A stretch of DNA of 64,000 nucleotides from Pseudanabaenaceae cyanobacterium. GTDB taxonomy: Bacteria; Cyanobacteriota; Cyanobacteriia; Pseudanabaenales; Pseudanabaenaceae. The notes beneath the pieces were generated by a model. It made no database searches and was not told the DNA's origin. It was given only the letters and a program-made list of their open reading frames with translations. The stretch spans positions 80,755-144,754 of the forward strand of contig JBKBMU010000005.1 in NCBI GenBank assembly GCA_046295715.1. The letters run 5' to 3'. The position numbers and the translations under genes were made by a program. Position 1 is the stretch's first letter. The number at the start of each line of letters is the position of its first letter. This document shows, one piece after another, positions 16,649 through 25,551 of this stretch.

Positions 16649-19600
16649 ATGGATGAGCAACAGCTACAGCACGAACTCCGCCAACTCTTTGAGATGGATG
16701 CCCAGAAATATCTGCAAATCTATCTCTCCACCACCGGGCAATTGAACCCCCAGACATGGAAAGAAGACATCAATGCAGTTTATCGGGCAGTGCACACGAT
16801 CAAAGGCAGTGCGGCTACCGTAGGGTTTATGGCGGTGCGGCAGGTAACAACAGTCCTAGAAGATTTACTCTCCGATCTGCGCTATCTTGACCCTGCGCCA
16901 GAATTGAGCGATGGGGGCTTGATTGCCATGCTCCAAGAAGCAGGGGAACTGCTGATGGCTAGTCTGGAGATGGACCAACAGGAAGAACCGACAGCCATGG
17001 TAGAGCGCATCCAAGCCCTGCGCTTGGAGATACAGCGGCAGTATCTGCTGGACTGGAATGAAATGCTCTTGGCACAACAGGAATTTGCGGAACAGGGCTT
17101 TGATTTAGTTACCTTAGATTTGGATATGGCATTGGATGAACTGCCAGAAACAGGGGCAGTGCCAGCAACCGCGATCGCCAGCGCCCAAGAAGCGATCCAA
17201 CAACTGCGGGAGATCGGCAGTGAATTACAGATGGGGGCAGGCTGGTTTCAACTCCTAGACCGCAGTGGGGAACTGATTGCCCTGCCCACCGCCGAAGCAT
17301 GGCGATCCCAGTGGCGGCCCTATTTGCAGGAACTCAAAGCCTGCGGCAAAACTGGCGGCAAACCTCTACCTGCCACACCCAAGGTGCAGCCTATCAAAGT
17401 AGCTACCCCCACCAACCTCGATCCCGAACAGCAGGAACTGCGCAAACTCTTCAACTTAGATACAGAACGGGATGTACAGACCTACATCAGCACTATTCAA
17501 CTCCTGAGCGATGCCACTTGGAAAGAGAACATCACCCAACTCTATCGCTCCATTCACACGATCAAGGGCAACTCAGCTACGGTCGGTGCAGATGCCATTC
17601 GCCAGATTACCGCCGCCCTTGAGGATATCCTCTCTGATTTAAGATACCTGGAAACTGCGCCACCTCTGGGCGATGGCAAACTCCAACAGTTACTCACCGA
17701 AGCAGGGGAATTATTGATCGGGGGCTTACAACTGCCTGACCATGAGCCACCCACCGAAATCGTAGAGCGGATCAGAGCCATCCATGAACAGGTCAAGACC
17801 AACTTCCTAGCGGAATGGAACGAACAACGCCAGTTATGGCAGGAATTTGCCACCCAAGGCTTTGACCTAGTGGTCTTGGCATTGGAAATGGCACTAGAGC
17901 AACTACCTGAAACAGGGGCAGTGCCCGAAACCGCCAAAACTACCGCCCAAGAAACTTTGACTCAATTGTTGGAGATCGGGAATGATATGAACTTCAGCCC
18001 CGCTTGGGCAGAATTGATTAAACAGGGGGAAGACCTAATCACCAAACCCTTAGGGGCATGGAAGACTGAATTTACCCCCTACCTAGCCATGTTGAAAGAA
18101 GCTGCGAAATTGGGGGGAGTCCTGCCGAAGCCCAAAACAGCAGCCCCGCCCCAAGAGACCCTAGAGCAAGAATTTGCCCGCATCGCCAAAGTGCCGCCCA
18201 AACCCAAAACTACAGAAACCGTCGCCGATATTCAAGTGCCGGTGCCTTTGGAACGACTGGACCGCTCTTCCCAGTATTTGATCGAGACCCTGATGACCAC
18301 CCGTGCCGCCCAAGGTTATTACCAAGCTGTGCAGAACAACCTCCTACCCCTAGTGTCCCTAGCCCAAGACAGTGTGCAGTACATCACCCAATTGCGTCAA
18401 GTCCAAGATGACTACGCCCTGAGCGATACCAATGTCAGCCGCAGTGGGCTACAACTGGAAGGCTACCGCAAGGGTTACACTGCCATTAACCGCCTGCTGG
18501 AAATCAGTCTGCGGCTAATTGAGTTGGGGGCAGAAACAGGAGAATATGCCCGCCGTACCACCGAGAGCTTGCAAAAACTGGATACCAGTCTGCGCAACCT
18601 CCAGCAGACCATTGAGGAGAGTCGCCTCCTGCCCTTTGAAACTTTGGCGTTTCGGGCGCGGGGGATTCTGCGCGACCTGACAACCCGCATGGGCAAACCC
18701 GCCCAGATGGTGGTATCTGGGGAGAAGATCGAGATGGATGCCAGCACCCTGCGCAACCTTGAACCAGTACTCCTGCACATGATCCGCAACTCCTTTGACC
18801 ACGGCTTAGAGAGCAAAGAAGAGCGAGAAAAAGCAGGCAAACCGCCCCAAGGCAAAATTGAACTAGCCCTTGCCCGAAGGGGTAATAGCTTTATCTTACA
18901 AATTAGGGATGACGGCAAAGGGATCGATCCTCAGAAAATTGCCAGTATTGCTCAAGCTAAAGGTTTACCTTTAACGGATACTTCTACACCAGAAAAATTA
19001 CTGGCGGTGATTTGCCAGCCGGGCTTCACTTCTGCCAAAACCGTATCTGATGTATCGGGACGGGGTGTGGGCATGGATGTAGTTGCCAGTCAGATCGCCG
19101 CCATGGGGGGACAGTTGCTCCTCAACAGTAAAGTGGGGGTGGGCACTACCTTTACAATCCAGATTCCTGTGCCCCAAATGTTGGTGCGCTGTATGCTCCT
19201 GCAGGCGGGCGATCGCCAGTTCGCCATACCAACTGCGGAAATTTTTACAACTATGTTACTGGGGGACTTACTGTGGGAGCAGGTGAACCGTCCCACCCAT
19301 GCCATAGAAATTGTGGAAGAAACAGGTAAAGTCCCTGGGATAGACCTATACCAGTACTGGCAGGGGGACATGACTCCCCGCCCCCTACTGCCGACTACTA
19401 TCGCTGTGCGGTCTAAACTACCCGATCAAACCGAAGGCTTGTGGTTCATTGCCGATAGTCTAGTGGGGCAGAGCGACCTAGTGGTGAACTCGATCCCCTA
19501 TCCCCTGCAAGCCCCGATCGGTCTGGTGGGGGTGAGCCTGATGCCCAATGGCAAGCTGATCCCTGTGATTGATGCCATTTCCCTGATTGAAACTCTAGTA

Positions 19601-20032
19601 ACCAAGCAACGCCTAGATGTCCTCCTAGAATCAATTGGCGGTCAAGAAGCTATTACTACCAGCCGTGCCCGTTGTCAAATCCTAGTAGTAGATGATGCCG
19701 CCCTGATGCGTCGTCGGATTGAGGGCAGTTTAACGGCACAAGGGTATCAGGTGCGTACTTGCAGTGATGGTCTAGAAGCCTTTGAGTGGATGCAAGCCAA
19801 TGAGCCACCCCTCTTACTAATTACAGATATTGAAATGCCCCGAATGGATGGCTTAACTCTCATCGATCGCTGCCGGCAGATGGGCTATACCATGCCAATT
19901 CTGGTAATCTCCTCCCGTCTAGCGGAAGAATGGTCAAGGGAGACCAGCCGTTTAGGCGCAACCGACTTTTTAACTAAAGGCTTCTCTACCCCAGAACTAT
20001 TGCAAAAGGTTGCCGAACTCTTGCCTTTATAA
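16649..20032 (+). CDS. hybrid CheA-type histidine kinase (2 x Hpt module, dimerisation/HATPase, CheW-like, C-terminal receiver), PilL/HmpE class
   Basis: Two Hpt sites are present (HTIKGSAATVG and HTIKGNSATVG). The kinase core contains HMIRNSFDHG, RDDGKGID and GRGVGMDVV. A CheW-like region follows, then a REC domain (ILVVDDAALMRR...DIEMPRMDG). The track start at 16619 is TTG inside the MCP2 3' end; ATG 16649 follows the MCP2 stop. Confidence 0.88.
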   Translation: MDEQQLQHELRQLFEMDAQKYLQIYLSTTGQLNPQTWKEDINAVYRAVHTIKGSAATVGFMAVRQVTTVLEDLLSDLRYLDPAPELSDGGLIAMLQEAGELLMASLEMDQQEEPTAMVERIQALRLEIQRQYLLDWNEMLLAQQEFAEQGFDLVTLDLDMALDELPETGAVPATAIASAQEAIQQLREIGSELQMGAGWFQLLDRSGELIALPTAEAWRSQWRPYLQELKACGKTGGKPLPATPKVQPIKVATPTNLDPEQQELRKLFNLDTERDVQTYISTIQLLSDATWKENITQLYRSIHTIKGNSATVGADAIRQITAALEDILSDLRYLETAPPLGDGKLQQLLTEAGELLIGGLQLPDHEPPTEIVERIRAIHEQVKTNFLAEWNEQRQLWQEFATQGFDLVVLALEMALEQLPETGAVPETAKTTAQETLTQLLEIGNDMNFSPAWAELIKQGEDLITKPLGAWKTEFTPYLAMLKEAAKLGGVLPKPKTAAPPQETLEQEFARIAKVPPKPKTTETVADIQVPVPLERLDRSSQYLIETLMTTRAAQGYYQAVQNNLLPLVSLAQDSVQYITQLRQVQDDYALSDTNVSRSGLQLEGYRKGYTAINRLLEISLRLIELGAETGEYARRTTESLQKLDTSLRNLQQTIEESRLLPFETLAFRARGILRDLTTRMGKPAQMVVSGEKIEMDASTLRNLEPVLLHMIRNSFDHGLESKEEREKAGKPPQGKIELALARRGNSFILQIRDDGKGIDPQKIASIAQAKGLPLTDTSTPEKLLAVICQPGFTSAKTVSDVSGRGVGMDVVASQIAAMGGQLLLNSKVGVGTTFTIQIPVPQMLVRCMLLQAGDRQFAIPTAEIFTTMLLGDLLWEQVNRPTHAIEIVEETGKVPGIDLYQYWQGDMTPRPLLPTTIAVRSKLPDQTEGLWFIADSLVGQSDLVVNSIPYPLQAPIGLVGVSLMPNGKLIPVIDAISLIETLVTKQRLDVLLESIGGQEAITTSRARCQILVVDDAALMRRRIEGSLTAQGYQVRTCSDGLEAFEWMQANEPPLLLITDIEMPRMDGLTLIDRCRQMGYTMPILVISSRLAEEWSRETSRLGATDFLTKGFSTPELLQKVAELLPL

Positions 20033-20093
20033 GTAAAAACCCCACCTCAGCGATCGCAGGGGCTGAAAGCCGCTCTGCAAGACTTATACAAAT

Positions 20094-21209
20094 CTATACA
20101 GCCAAGTCAAATAGACTCATACTGGCTTCCTGCTTCATCGAAGTCTCAAAAGCTACGCTCTCAAGGGGTATTACTTCTCCACAAGCTTCAATTCCCCCAG
20201 AGCTTGGGGTATTTTTGTAATTCAATAGATTTAGACTCCCATTCAAGTCTCTATTTATGGAAATGCCACAATGAGAACAGTTGTAAACTCGTTCTTTTAG
20301 CGGCATCTTTTGCCGATGCCCGCAGTTAGAGCATATTTGGCTGGAGGGGTAAAACCTGTCCACAACAGTTAATTTACTCCCATACCAGGCGCATGCCGGC
20401 GAAATTCAAAGAAACCACAATCGGCTATGGCATTTGCCAACCGGTGGTTCTTAAGCATACCCGATAATTCAGGTCTTCAATGATCACCTCGCCGTGGTTC
20501 TTAGCTAAATAAGTGGTGATATCCATCCTCATATCGGATACTCTCTTGTAGGCTCTGGCTAACCTGACTCTAGCTTTCTTTCTGTTGTTGGATTTAATTT
20601 GCTTTTTACTTAGCCTCCTTTGTAATCGTGATAGTTTCTTCTTGGCTTTCCTATAGGGTTTAGGATTAGGAAAGACTTTACCATTAGAGCAAGTTACTAA
20701 GACGTTTATACCTATATCTACGCCTATTTTATCTGCCTGATTGACAGTGGGTTTATGTTCTATTTCGTACTTAAAGCTGATGTACCACTTATCAGCTCTT
20801 TTACTGATAGTTACATTCTTTGGCGAAACTGAGGGTAAAAGTTCATCACAGGTTAGCCACCCAAATATCGGGACTCTAATTTTGTTTCCTGATATTTTAA
20901 TAACACCCTCCAAGTAAAAACTATCCCTTTTGCCTTTCTTTTGTATGTTGGTTTCTTGCAGTGTTTGTGTTTCCGCCAATTCTTGAAAACTCGTTCTAAA
21001 TTTCTTAGAGCTTCTTGAGGAGCACATTTGCTAACCTCGTAGTACCACCTGTTCACAGGTTTAACCTCTGCGACCAGTTTCTTGTGCAAATCTATCCCAC
21101 TGGGGACTTTCTGTTTATTCTCTAGTGCCGCCAAACAAACATCCAAACCCCAGTTATAGGCATGTCTCGCAACTCCGGCATGTTTCGCCGCAAAAGCCTG
21201 AGACTAGTC
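20094..21209 (-). pseudogene. tnpB: tnpB (IS200/IS605-IS607 accessory OrfB, RNA-guided-nuclease family), multiple frameshifts
   Basis: One TnpB reading is spread over three frames. The pieces are FAAKHAGVARHAYNWGL...QEALRNLERVFKNW (track 20853..21146), KKGKRDSFYLEG...IGVDIGINVLVT...EVIIEDLN (20425..21027) and the zinc-ribbon end FYPSSQICSNCGHRQKMPLKERVYNCSHCGISINRDLNGSLNL (20094..20363). The N-terminal ~20 aa are lost. Confidence 0.85.
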
Positions 21210-21430
21210 TTAAAGCTGACGAGTGACATTTCTCAACTCCCGCACCAATTGCTTGTTTTTCTCACTTCTGGAACCGTAAAGTCGGGCGGAAAATACGGTT
21301 ATTATCTCTAATACATCCTGTGCTAAATCCTCCTCAAAGGAACTGTCCTCGGTTCTATTTATAATGGCAACTTCTGTGCCAAATATCTCGCATAGGGAGA
21401 AAATTAGCTCGCTGCCAAAACGCAATAACC
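21210..21430 (-). pseudogene. tnpA: IS607-family tnpA (serine recombinase), C-terminal fragment
   Basis: LLRFGSELIFSLCEIFGTEVAIINRTEDSSFEEDLAQDVLEIITVFSARLYGSRSEKNKQLVRELRNV is the conserved C-terminal third of MerR-HTH/resolvase-type IS607 transposases. Sequence upstream of 21430 is unrelated. Confidence 0.85.
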
Positions 21431-21476
21431 CTTGACGCTGGGAGTATAATGCTCTGGGATTTTAGCAGATGGCAAC

Positions 21477-22796
21477 ATGAAAATCAGTGTGTTTCTGGGG
21501 AGTGCAATCGCCATCGCCATGGCGAATCCTGCATGGGCAAGGCCGATCTATGTGCATCCGCAAACGGGGAATGACCAGACGGGGGATGGTTCCCCTGCCC
21601 AACCATTTCGTACCATCAGCCGTGCCCTCCAAGCCAGCACAGGCGAAACAGTCATTCAACTGGCAGATGGGGTTTACAGTGAAGAACAGTTTCCCTTGGT
21701 GCTATCTCGCCAGACCATTGTCCAAGGCAATATCACCAACCAAGGCGCAAGTGTGGTGATCAAAGGAGGGGGCAATTTTCGTTCCCTGTTTTTGGGACAG
21801 CAAAACACAGCGATCGTCCTCCAAGATCAGGCGCAACTGCGGGGGGTTACAGTTACCAATCCTCAACCTAGAGGCTTTGGCGTGTGGATCGAGCGGGGCA
21901 GTCCCACCCTCAGCTACAGCACCCTCACCGCCAACAGCCAAGACGGGATCAGCATCACGGGCAGAGCAGGGGGCACTATCACTCACAATCTGGTGCGTGC
22001 CAATTCTGCCAACGGGATCACGATCGATGGTTTAGCTACCCCCCAAGTTAAACATAATCTCATCACTCAGAATGTTTTTGGGATCAATATCCGCCAAAAT
22101 AGCGCACCCCAACTATTCTCTAACCAAATCACCAATCACCAAGACGGGGTCATGATTCAGGGGCAGTCCCGTCCTCGCCTGCGCCAAAATACCATCACCC
22201 ACAATCAGGGCACAGGGGTCATGATCCTAGGGCAAGCCATCCCCGACCTAGGCACAGCCGACAACTCTGGTAACAATGTTTTCAGCGACAATAAAACCGC
22301 CGACATTCGCAACCAGACCAGTCAAACCATAGTCGCCAGTGGCAATCAATTTAGCACACCCAAGCTCATCGGCAGTATTGAGCTGGCTGGTACAGCAATC
22401 GCCCCTCTGCCCAGCCCCCCCGCCCATGGGAATAATTCCATAGTGGTCTCCCTCACAGGGCAACCGCCCAAACTGCCTACTGACATTTCCCCTCATCTCC
22501 CCCCCATCACCACCACTCCCCCCAAAGGCGATCCCGTCAATCAGCCGATCGTGATCCGCCCCCCCCGTCCGATCGCGGTAATTACCCAACCCCCCCGTTG
22601 GCGAGTAGTGGTAACCCTTGTTACCCCTGAAGTGCTCCAGCAGGTACGCACCCTATTTCCTGAAGCTTTTGCCTCCAACCGCGCAGGCAGAAGCGTAATC
22701 CAGATCGGTGCCTACAGTAACCAAAACATTGCCCTTGAACGACTACAGCAATTAACCCAAATGGGCTTACCCGCTGAAATGGAAACTATTCAATAG
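21477..22796 (+). CDS. secreted parallel beta-helix (DUF1565-like) protein with Pro-rich linker and C-terminal SPOR-like domain
   Basis: 439 aa with a signal peptide (MKISVFLGSAIAIAMANPAWA). The N-domain is paralogous to ORF 287..1882 (QPFRTISRALQASTGETVIQLADGVYSEE vs QPLRTITAAVQRAQAGTIIQLVQGTYSQE). The C-terminus RWRVVVTLV...IQIGAYSNQNIALERLQQLTQMGLPAEM has a SPOR-like pattern. Confidence 0.7.
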   Translation: MKISVFLGSAIAIAMANPAWARPIYVHPQTGNDQTGDGSPAQPFRTISRALQASTGETVIQLADGVYSEEQFPLVLSRQTIVQGNITNQGASVVIKGGGNFRSLFLGQQNTAIVLQDQAQLRGVTVTNPQPRGFGVWIERGSPTLSYSTLTANSQDGISITGRAGGTITHNLVRANSANGITIDGLATPQVKHNLITQNVFGINIRQNSAPQLFSNQITNHQDGVMIQGQSRPRLRQNTITHNQGTGVMILGQAIPDLGTADNSGNNVFSDNKTADIRNQTSQTIVASGNQFSTPKLIGSIELAGTAIAPLPSPPAHGNNSIVVSLTGQPPKLPTDISPHLPPITTTPPKGDPVNQPIVIRPPRPIAVITQPPRWRVVVTLVTPEVLQQVRTLFPEAFASNRAGRSVIQIGAYSNQNIALERLQQLTQMGLPAEMETIQ

Positions 22797-22987
22797 CAGA
22801 AGTGTTGAATGTCAGGAAAAAGGTAGAAAAAAGGAGCCAGAAATGATATTTTAGCTCTAAGAAAAACAAAAAACTAACCCTATAGCAACTTATCAAGCCC
22901 TTGCTAATGATTATCGTGTTTTGGATTCTCAACTGTTTGTCCTCATCTGGATACATTTCATTTTAGATGCCAGAATTTCGACCATAA

Positions 22988-23160
22988 GGGGCTTATTCAT
23001 CTGGTTTTTAAGGTTGATATATCTACTTTTTCTAAAGCATGTAAACATCTTAGTGCTGAACCGTTTCAACGGATTTTAAGAGAGTTACAAGAGCGACTTA
23101 AAAACCAAGACCAAGCAGAATTCAAACATTTATTTCCTCTGGATTCTACTGAACTGATGG
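22988..23160 (+). pseudogene. DDE (IS4/IS5-type) transposase N-terminal fragment
   Basis: Own translation: GLIHLVFKVDISTFSKACKHLSAEPFQRILRELQERLKNQDQAEFKHLFPLDST. It ends at the first catalytic D(ST) and then diverges. It has no start codon and an in-frame stop immediately upstream. Confidence 0.4.
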
Positions 23161-23432
23161 AGAAATTACGATATTTACAGATAGAAATAGGCAGACATTG
23201 TACTTTAATGCAAATCTTAGGGGTTGAGCCTGTGGTAGGGTAAATCTAACCCCTAATGTTAAGTTTTGTTACAGAGGTGCAACATTTTTGCAGAGATAGA
23301 GGTACTTTGGGGGCAGATCAACATGGAATCCTAGATCAAAATTACCAGAAAAGAGATAACTGAGCTAAGTCTTTATTCCCCAGTGCCTTACCGTAGTAAT
23401 ATAGGGTTGGGTGTTTACGCATTAGTTTTTCA

Positions 23433-23873
23433 GTGGAACTATCGCTCAAAAGTGAGTATGCTCTCCTTGCCTTGATTGAGTTAGCCAACAATTATGATCG
23501 GGATCACCCCCTGCAAATTAAGCAGATTGCTACCCTGCAAAATATACCCGATCGCTATTTAGAGCAATTACTAGCATCCCTCAAACGGCAGGGCTTAGTA
23601 AGGAGCCAGCGGGGAGCGAAGGGGGGCTATATTTTGGCGCGAGAGCCTTGGCAGATCAGCATATTAGAGATTATCCGCTCTGTAGAAGGAAGCAATCCAT
23701 TTCTGCCTCGCCAACCTGAAGGTGGAGTAGTTTCCCCTGCGCTAGCAGCACTATTAGAAGTGTGGTATTCTGCCCAGAGCGCCGCTGAGGCTATTCTGCA
23801 AGAATATACTCTCAAAGATTTATGTGAACTAGCAAAACAGAAATCCCAAGTTGGTGTGATGTACTATATTTGA
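23433..23873 (+). CDS. Rrf2-family transcriptional regulator
   Basis: 146 aa with a GTG start. LSLKSEYALLALIELA...IKQIATLQNIPDRYLEQLLASLKRQGLVRSQRGAKGGYILAR is the Rrf2 winged-helix signature. Confidence 0.85.
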   Translation: MELSLKSEYALLALIELANNYDRDHPLQIKQIATLQNIPDRYLEQLLASLKRQGLVRSQRGAKGGYILAREPWQISILEIIRSVEGSNPFLPRQPEGGVVSPALAALLEVWYSAQSAAEAILQEYTLKDLCELAKQKSQVGVMYYI

Positions 23874-23955
23874 GGGTCTGAACTCTAGTAATCTAATCAT
23901 TCTAGGCTGGAACCTCAACTGCTAACTAATCAATTTAGAACGCTCCTATGCAACC

Positions 23956-24552
23956 ATGAATCAGAACCGCATTAGTAAAATCAATCGTCGTACGGGCGAA
24001 ACAGATGTGGAAATTTGGCTCAACCTTGATGGTAGTGGCAAGGGGAGTATCCATACGGGAATTCCCTTTTTGGATCATATGCTGCAACAACTGGCAACCC
24101 ACGGCCTGTTTGATCTGGAAATCAAAGCTGTAGGGGATTTGCATATTGACGATCACCATACCAACGAAGATGTGGGGATCGCTCTTGGTCAGGCATTTGC
24201 CCAAGCTCTAGGGGATCGCAAGGGTATCTATCGCTTTGGGCATTTTTTTGTGCCCCTAGATGAATCTTTGGTGCAGGTGGTATTGGATTTTTCGGGTCGC
24301 CCCTATCTAGCCTACGGCTTGGAAATCCCGACCCAACGCATCGGCACTTATGACACCCAGTTAGTAAGAGAATTCTATCAAGGGTTTGTCAATCACGCCC
24401 AGATTACCTTGCATATTCGCCAACTGGCAGGTATTAACTCCCATCACATTGTAGAAGCGAGTTTCAAGGCATTTGCCCGTGCCCTGCGCATGGCAGTAGA
24501 ACTCGATCCTAGGCGATCGCACCTGATTCCAAGTTCCAAAGGTGTGTTATGA
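23956..24552 (+). CDS. hisB: imidazoleglycerol-phosphate dehydratase
   Basis: 198 aa carrying [17 protein letters not shown]...[11 protein letters not shown]...HGLFDL...[19 protein letters not shown] and the second HHIVEA.FKA.ARAL motif. Confidence 0.93.
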   Translation: MNQNRISKINRRTGETDVEIWLNLDGSGKGSIHTGIPFLDHMLQQLATHGLFDLEIKAVGDLHIDDHHTNEDVGIALGQAFAQALGDRKGIYRFGHFFVPLDESLVQVVLDFSGRPYLAYGLEIPTQRIGTYDTQLVREFYQGFVNHAQITLHIRQLAGINSHHIVEASFKAFARALRMAVELDPRRSHLIPSSKGVL

Positions 24553-24565
24553 TATTTGATGCCTT

Positions 24566-24636
24566 GCGGGTATAGTTTAGTGGTAAAACGAAAGCTTCCC
24601 AAGCTTTAGTTGCGGGTTCGATTCCCGCTACCCGCT
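24566..24636 (+). tRNA. tRNA-Gly (anticodon CCC)
   Basis: Folded by hand. Acceptor GCGGGTA/TACCCGC, D stem GTTT/AAAC, anticodon stem AAAGC/GCTTT with loop TTCCCAA, T stem GCGGG/CCCGC with loop TTCGATT, discriminator T. No CCA is encoded. Confidence 0.9.
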
Positions 24637-24658
24637 TTGGTTAGGGTCGAGAAAGAGA

Positions 24659-25147
24659 GTGGCAGGAGCAATTATACTAATCGGAATTCCAGGGAGTGGC
24701 AAATCCACTCTTGCTCAGTCCATGTTGCGCACCCATCCCAATCTCTATGCCTATATTTCCCCTGACCAGATCAGAGGTAGGCTCTACGGCGATGCCTCAA
24801 TTCAGGGAGAATGGCTACAAATTTGGGCAGAAGTCAAACAGCAGGTGATGACTGCTGCTGAAGCAGGGAAGAATATCATTTACGATGCCACTAACTACAA
24901 GAGTAAATATCGTAGAGAGGTGATTGAACTCCTCAAGAGTTATCATTTTCAACCGATCACGGGTGTTTGTCTGCAAGTACCGCTGTGGATTTGTTTGAGT
25001 AGAAATCAATCCCGTTCTCGCCAAGTGCCTGAAGATGTGATTATTGAGATGCATCGCTGTCTAGTATTGAATCCGCCTAGTTTGCGGGAAGGGTTCGATC
25101 GTCTCCTTGTTCAAGAAGACCGCCCTGAAAATGAATGGATCGATTAG
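24659..25147 (+). CDS. P-loop kinase-like ATP-binding protein (AAA_33 / polynucleotide-kinase-like)
   Basis: 162 aa with a GTG start and Walker A ILIGIPGSGKSTLA. Its size and the pattern ..DATNYK...R..... resemble small stand-alone P-loop kinases. Confidence 0.6.
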   Translation: MAGAIILIGIPGSGKSTLAQSMLRTHPNLYAYISPDQIRGRLYGDASIQGEWLQIWAEVKQQVMTAAEAGKNIIYDATNYKSKYRREVIELLKSYHFQPITGVCLQVPLWICLSRNQSRSRQVPEDVIIEMHRCLVLNPPSLREGFDRLLVQEDRPENEWID

Positions 25148-25161
25148 CACATGCCAAGTTC

Positions 25162-25551
25162 TCAATTCTCCCAACTATCTAAATCCATTGCTGGGGATCC
25201 CCCTCGTTCCAATTCCACTAGCAATCTACTCAATTGTCGCCACACAAAATAACTAATGCCAAGGGTGATTGGGATCGCTACTGCCAGCGCCAAAGATGGC
25301 GGAAACCCAAAAATCCCTAGCCCACAGGCTAGAAATATGCCCACATTCACCACAATGCCCAAATAAGGAACATATATTGATGTTCCTCGTAGTTCCAGAA
25401 TCACAGCTGTACTTTTGCTTTCGATCCAACGGTCAATCAATTGGCGTAGGCTCATCTCAAAAGCCTTGCCACAGCTTAAACCCAAGAGCAGAGAAGCAAT
25501 GAAGAGAAAATAGGGGGGATCGCTGGGAAAGTAGTAGCTAATCACGGTCAA
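25162..25551 (-). CDS. small membrane protein (3 TM), hypothetical
   Basis: 129-aa hydrophobic ORF whose start overlaps the recJ stop by 4 nt (ATGA-type coupling). Confidence 0.5.
   Translation of the reverse strand: MTVISYYFPSDPPYFLFIASLLLGLSCGKAFEMSLRQLIDRWIESKSTAVILELRGTSIYVPYLGIVVNVGIFLACGLGIFGFPPSLALAVAIPITLGISYFVWRQLSRLLVELERGGSPAMDLDSWEN

Larger units (their letters stand above)
20040..21430 (-). mobile_element. IS607-family element, distal half (tnpA 3' part + tnpB + right end)
   Basis: It contains the serine-recombinase C-terminus starting exactly at LLRFGSELIF, followed by a degraded tnpB. The upstream boundary is the GGTT at 21427-21430 (plus-strand AACC). The right boundary cannot be fixed from this window; it lies within about 60 nt of the tnpB stop, next to the cheA stop. 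Confidence 0.8.

Noticed and set aside
20094-21209. tnpB as an active RNA-guided (omega-RNA) nuclease with a guide reaching toward the cheA 3' end
   Set aside because: The TnpB reading frame is broken at least twice and has lost its N-terminus, and the cognate tnpA is split. It is almost certainly inactive, and no RNA structure can be verified by eye.
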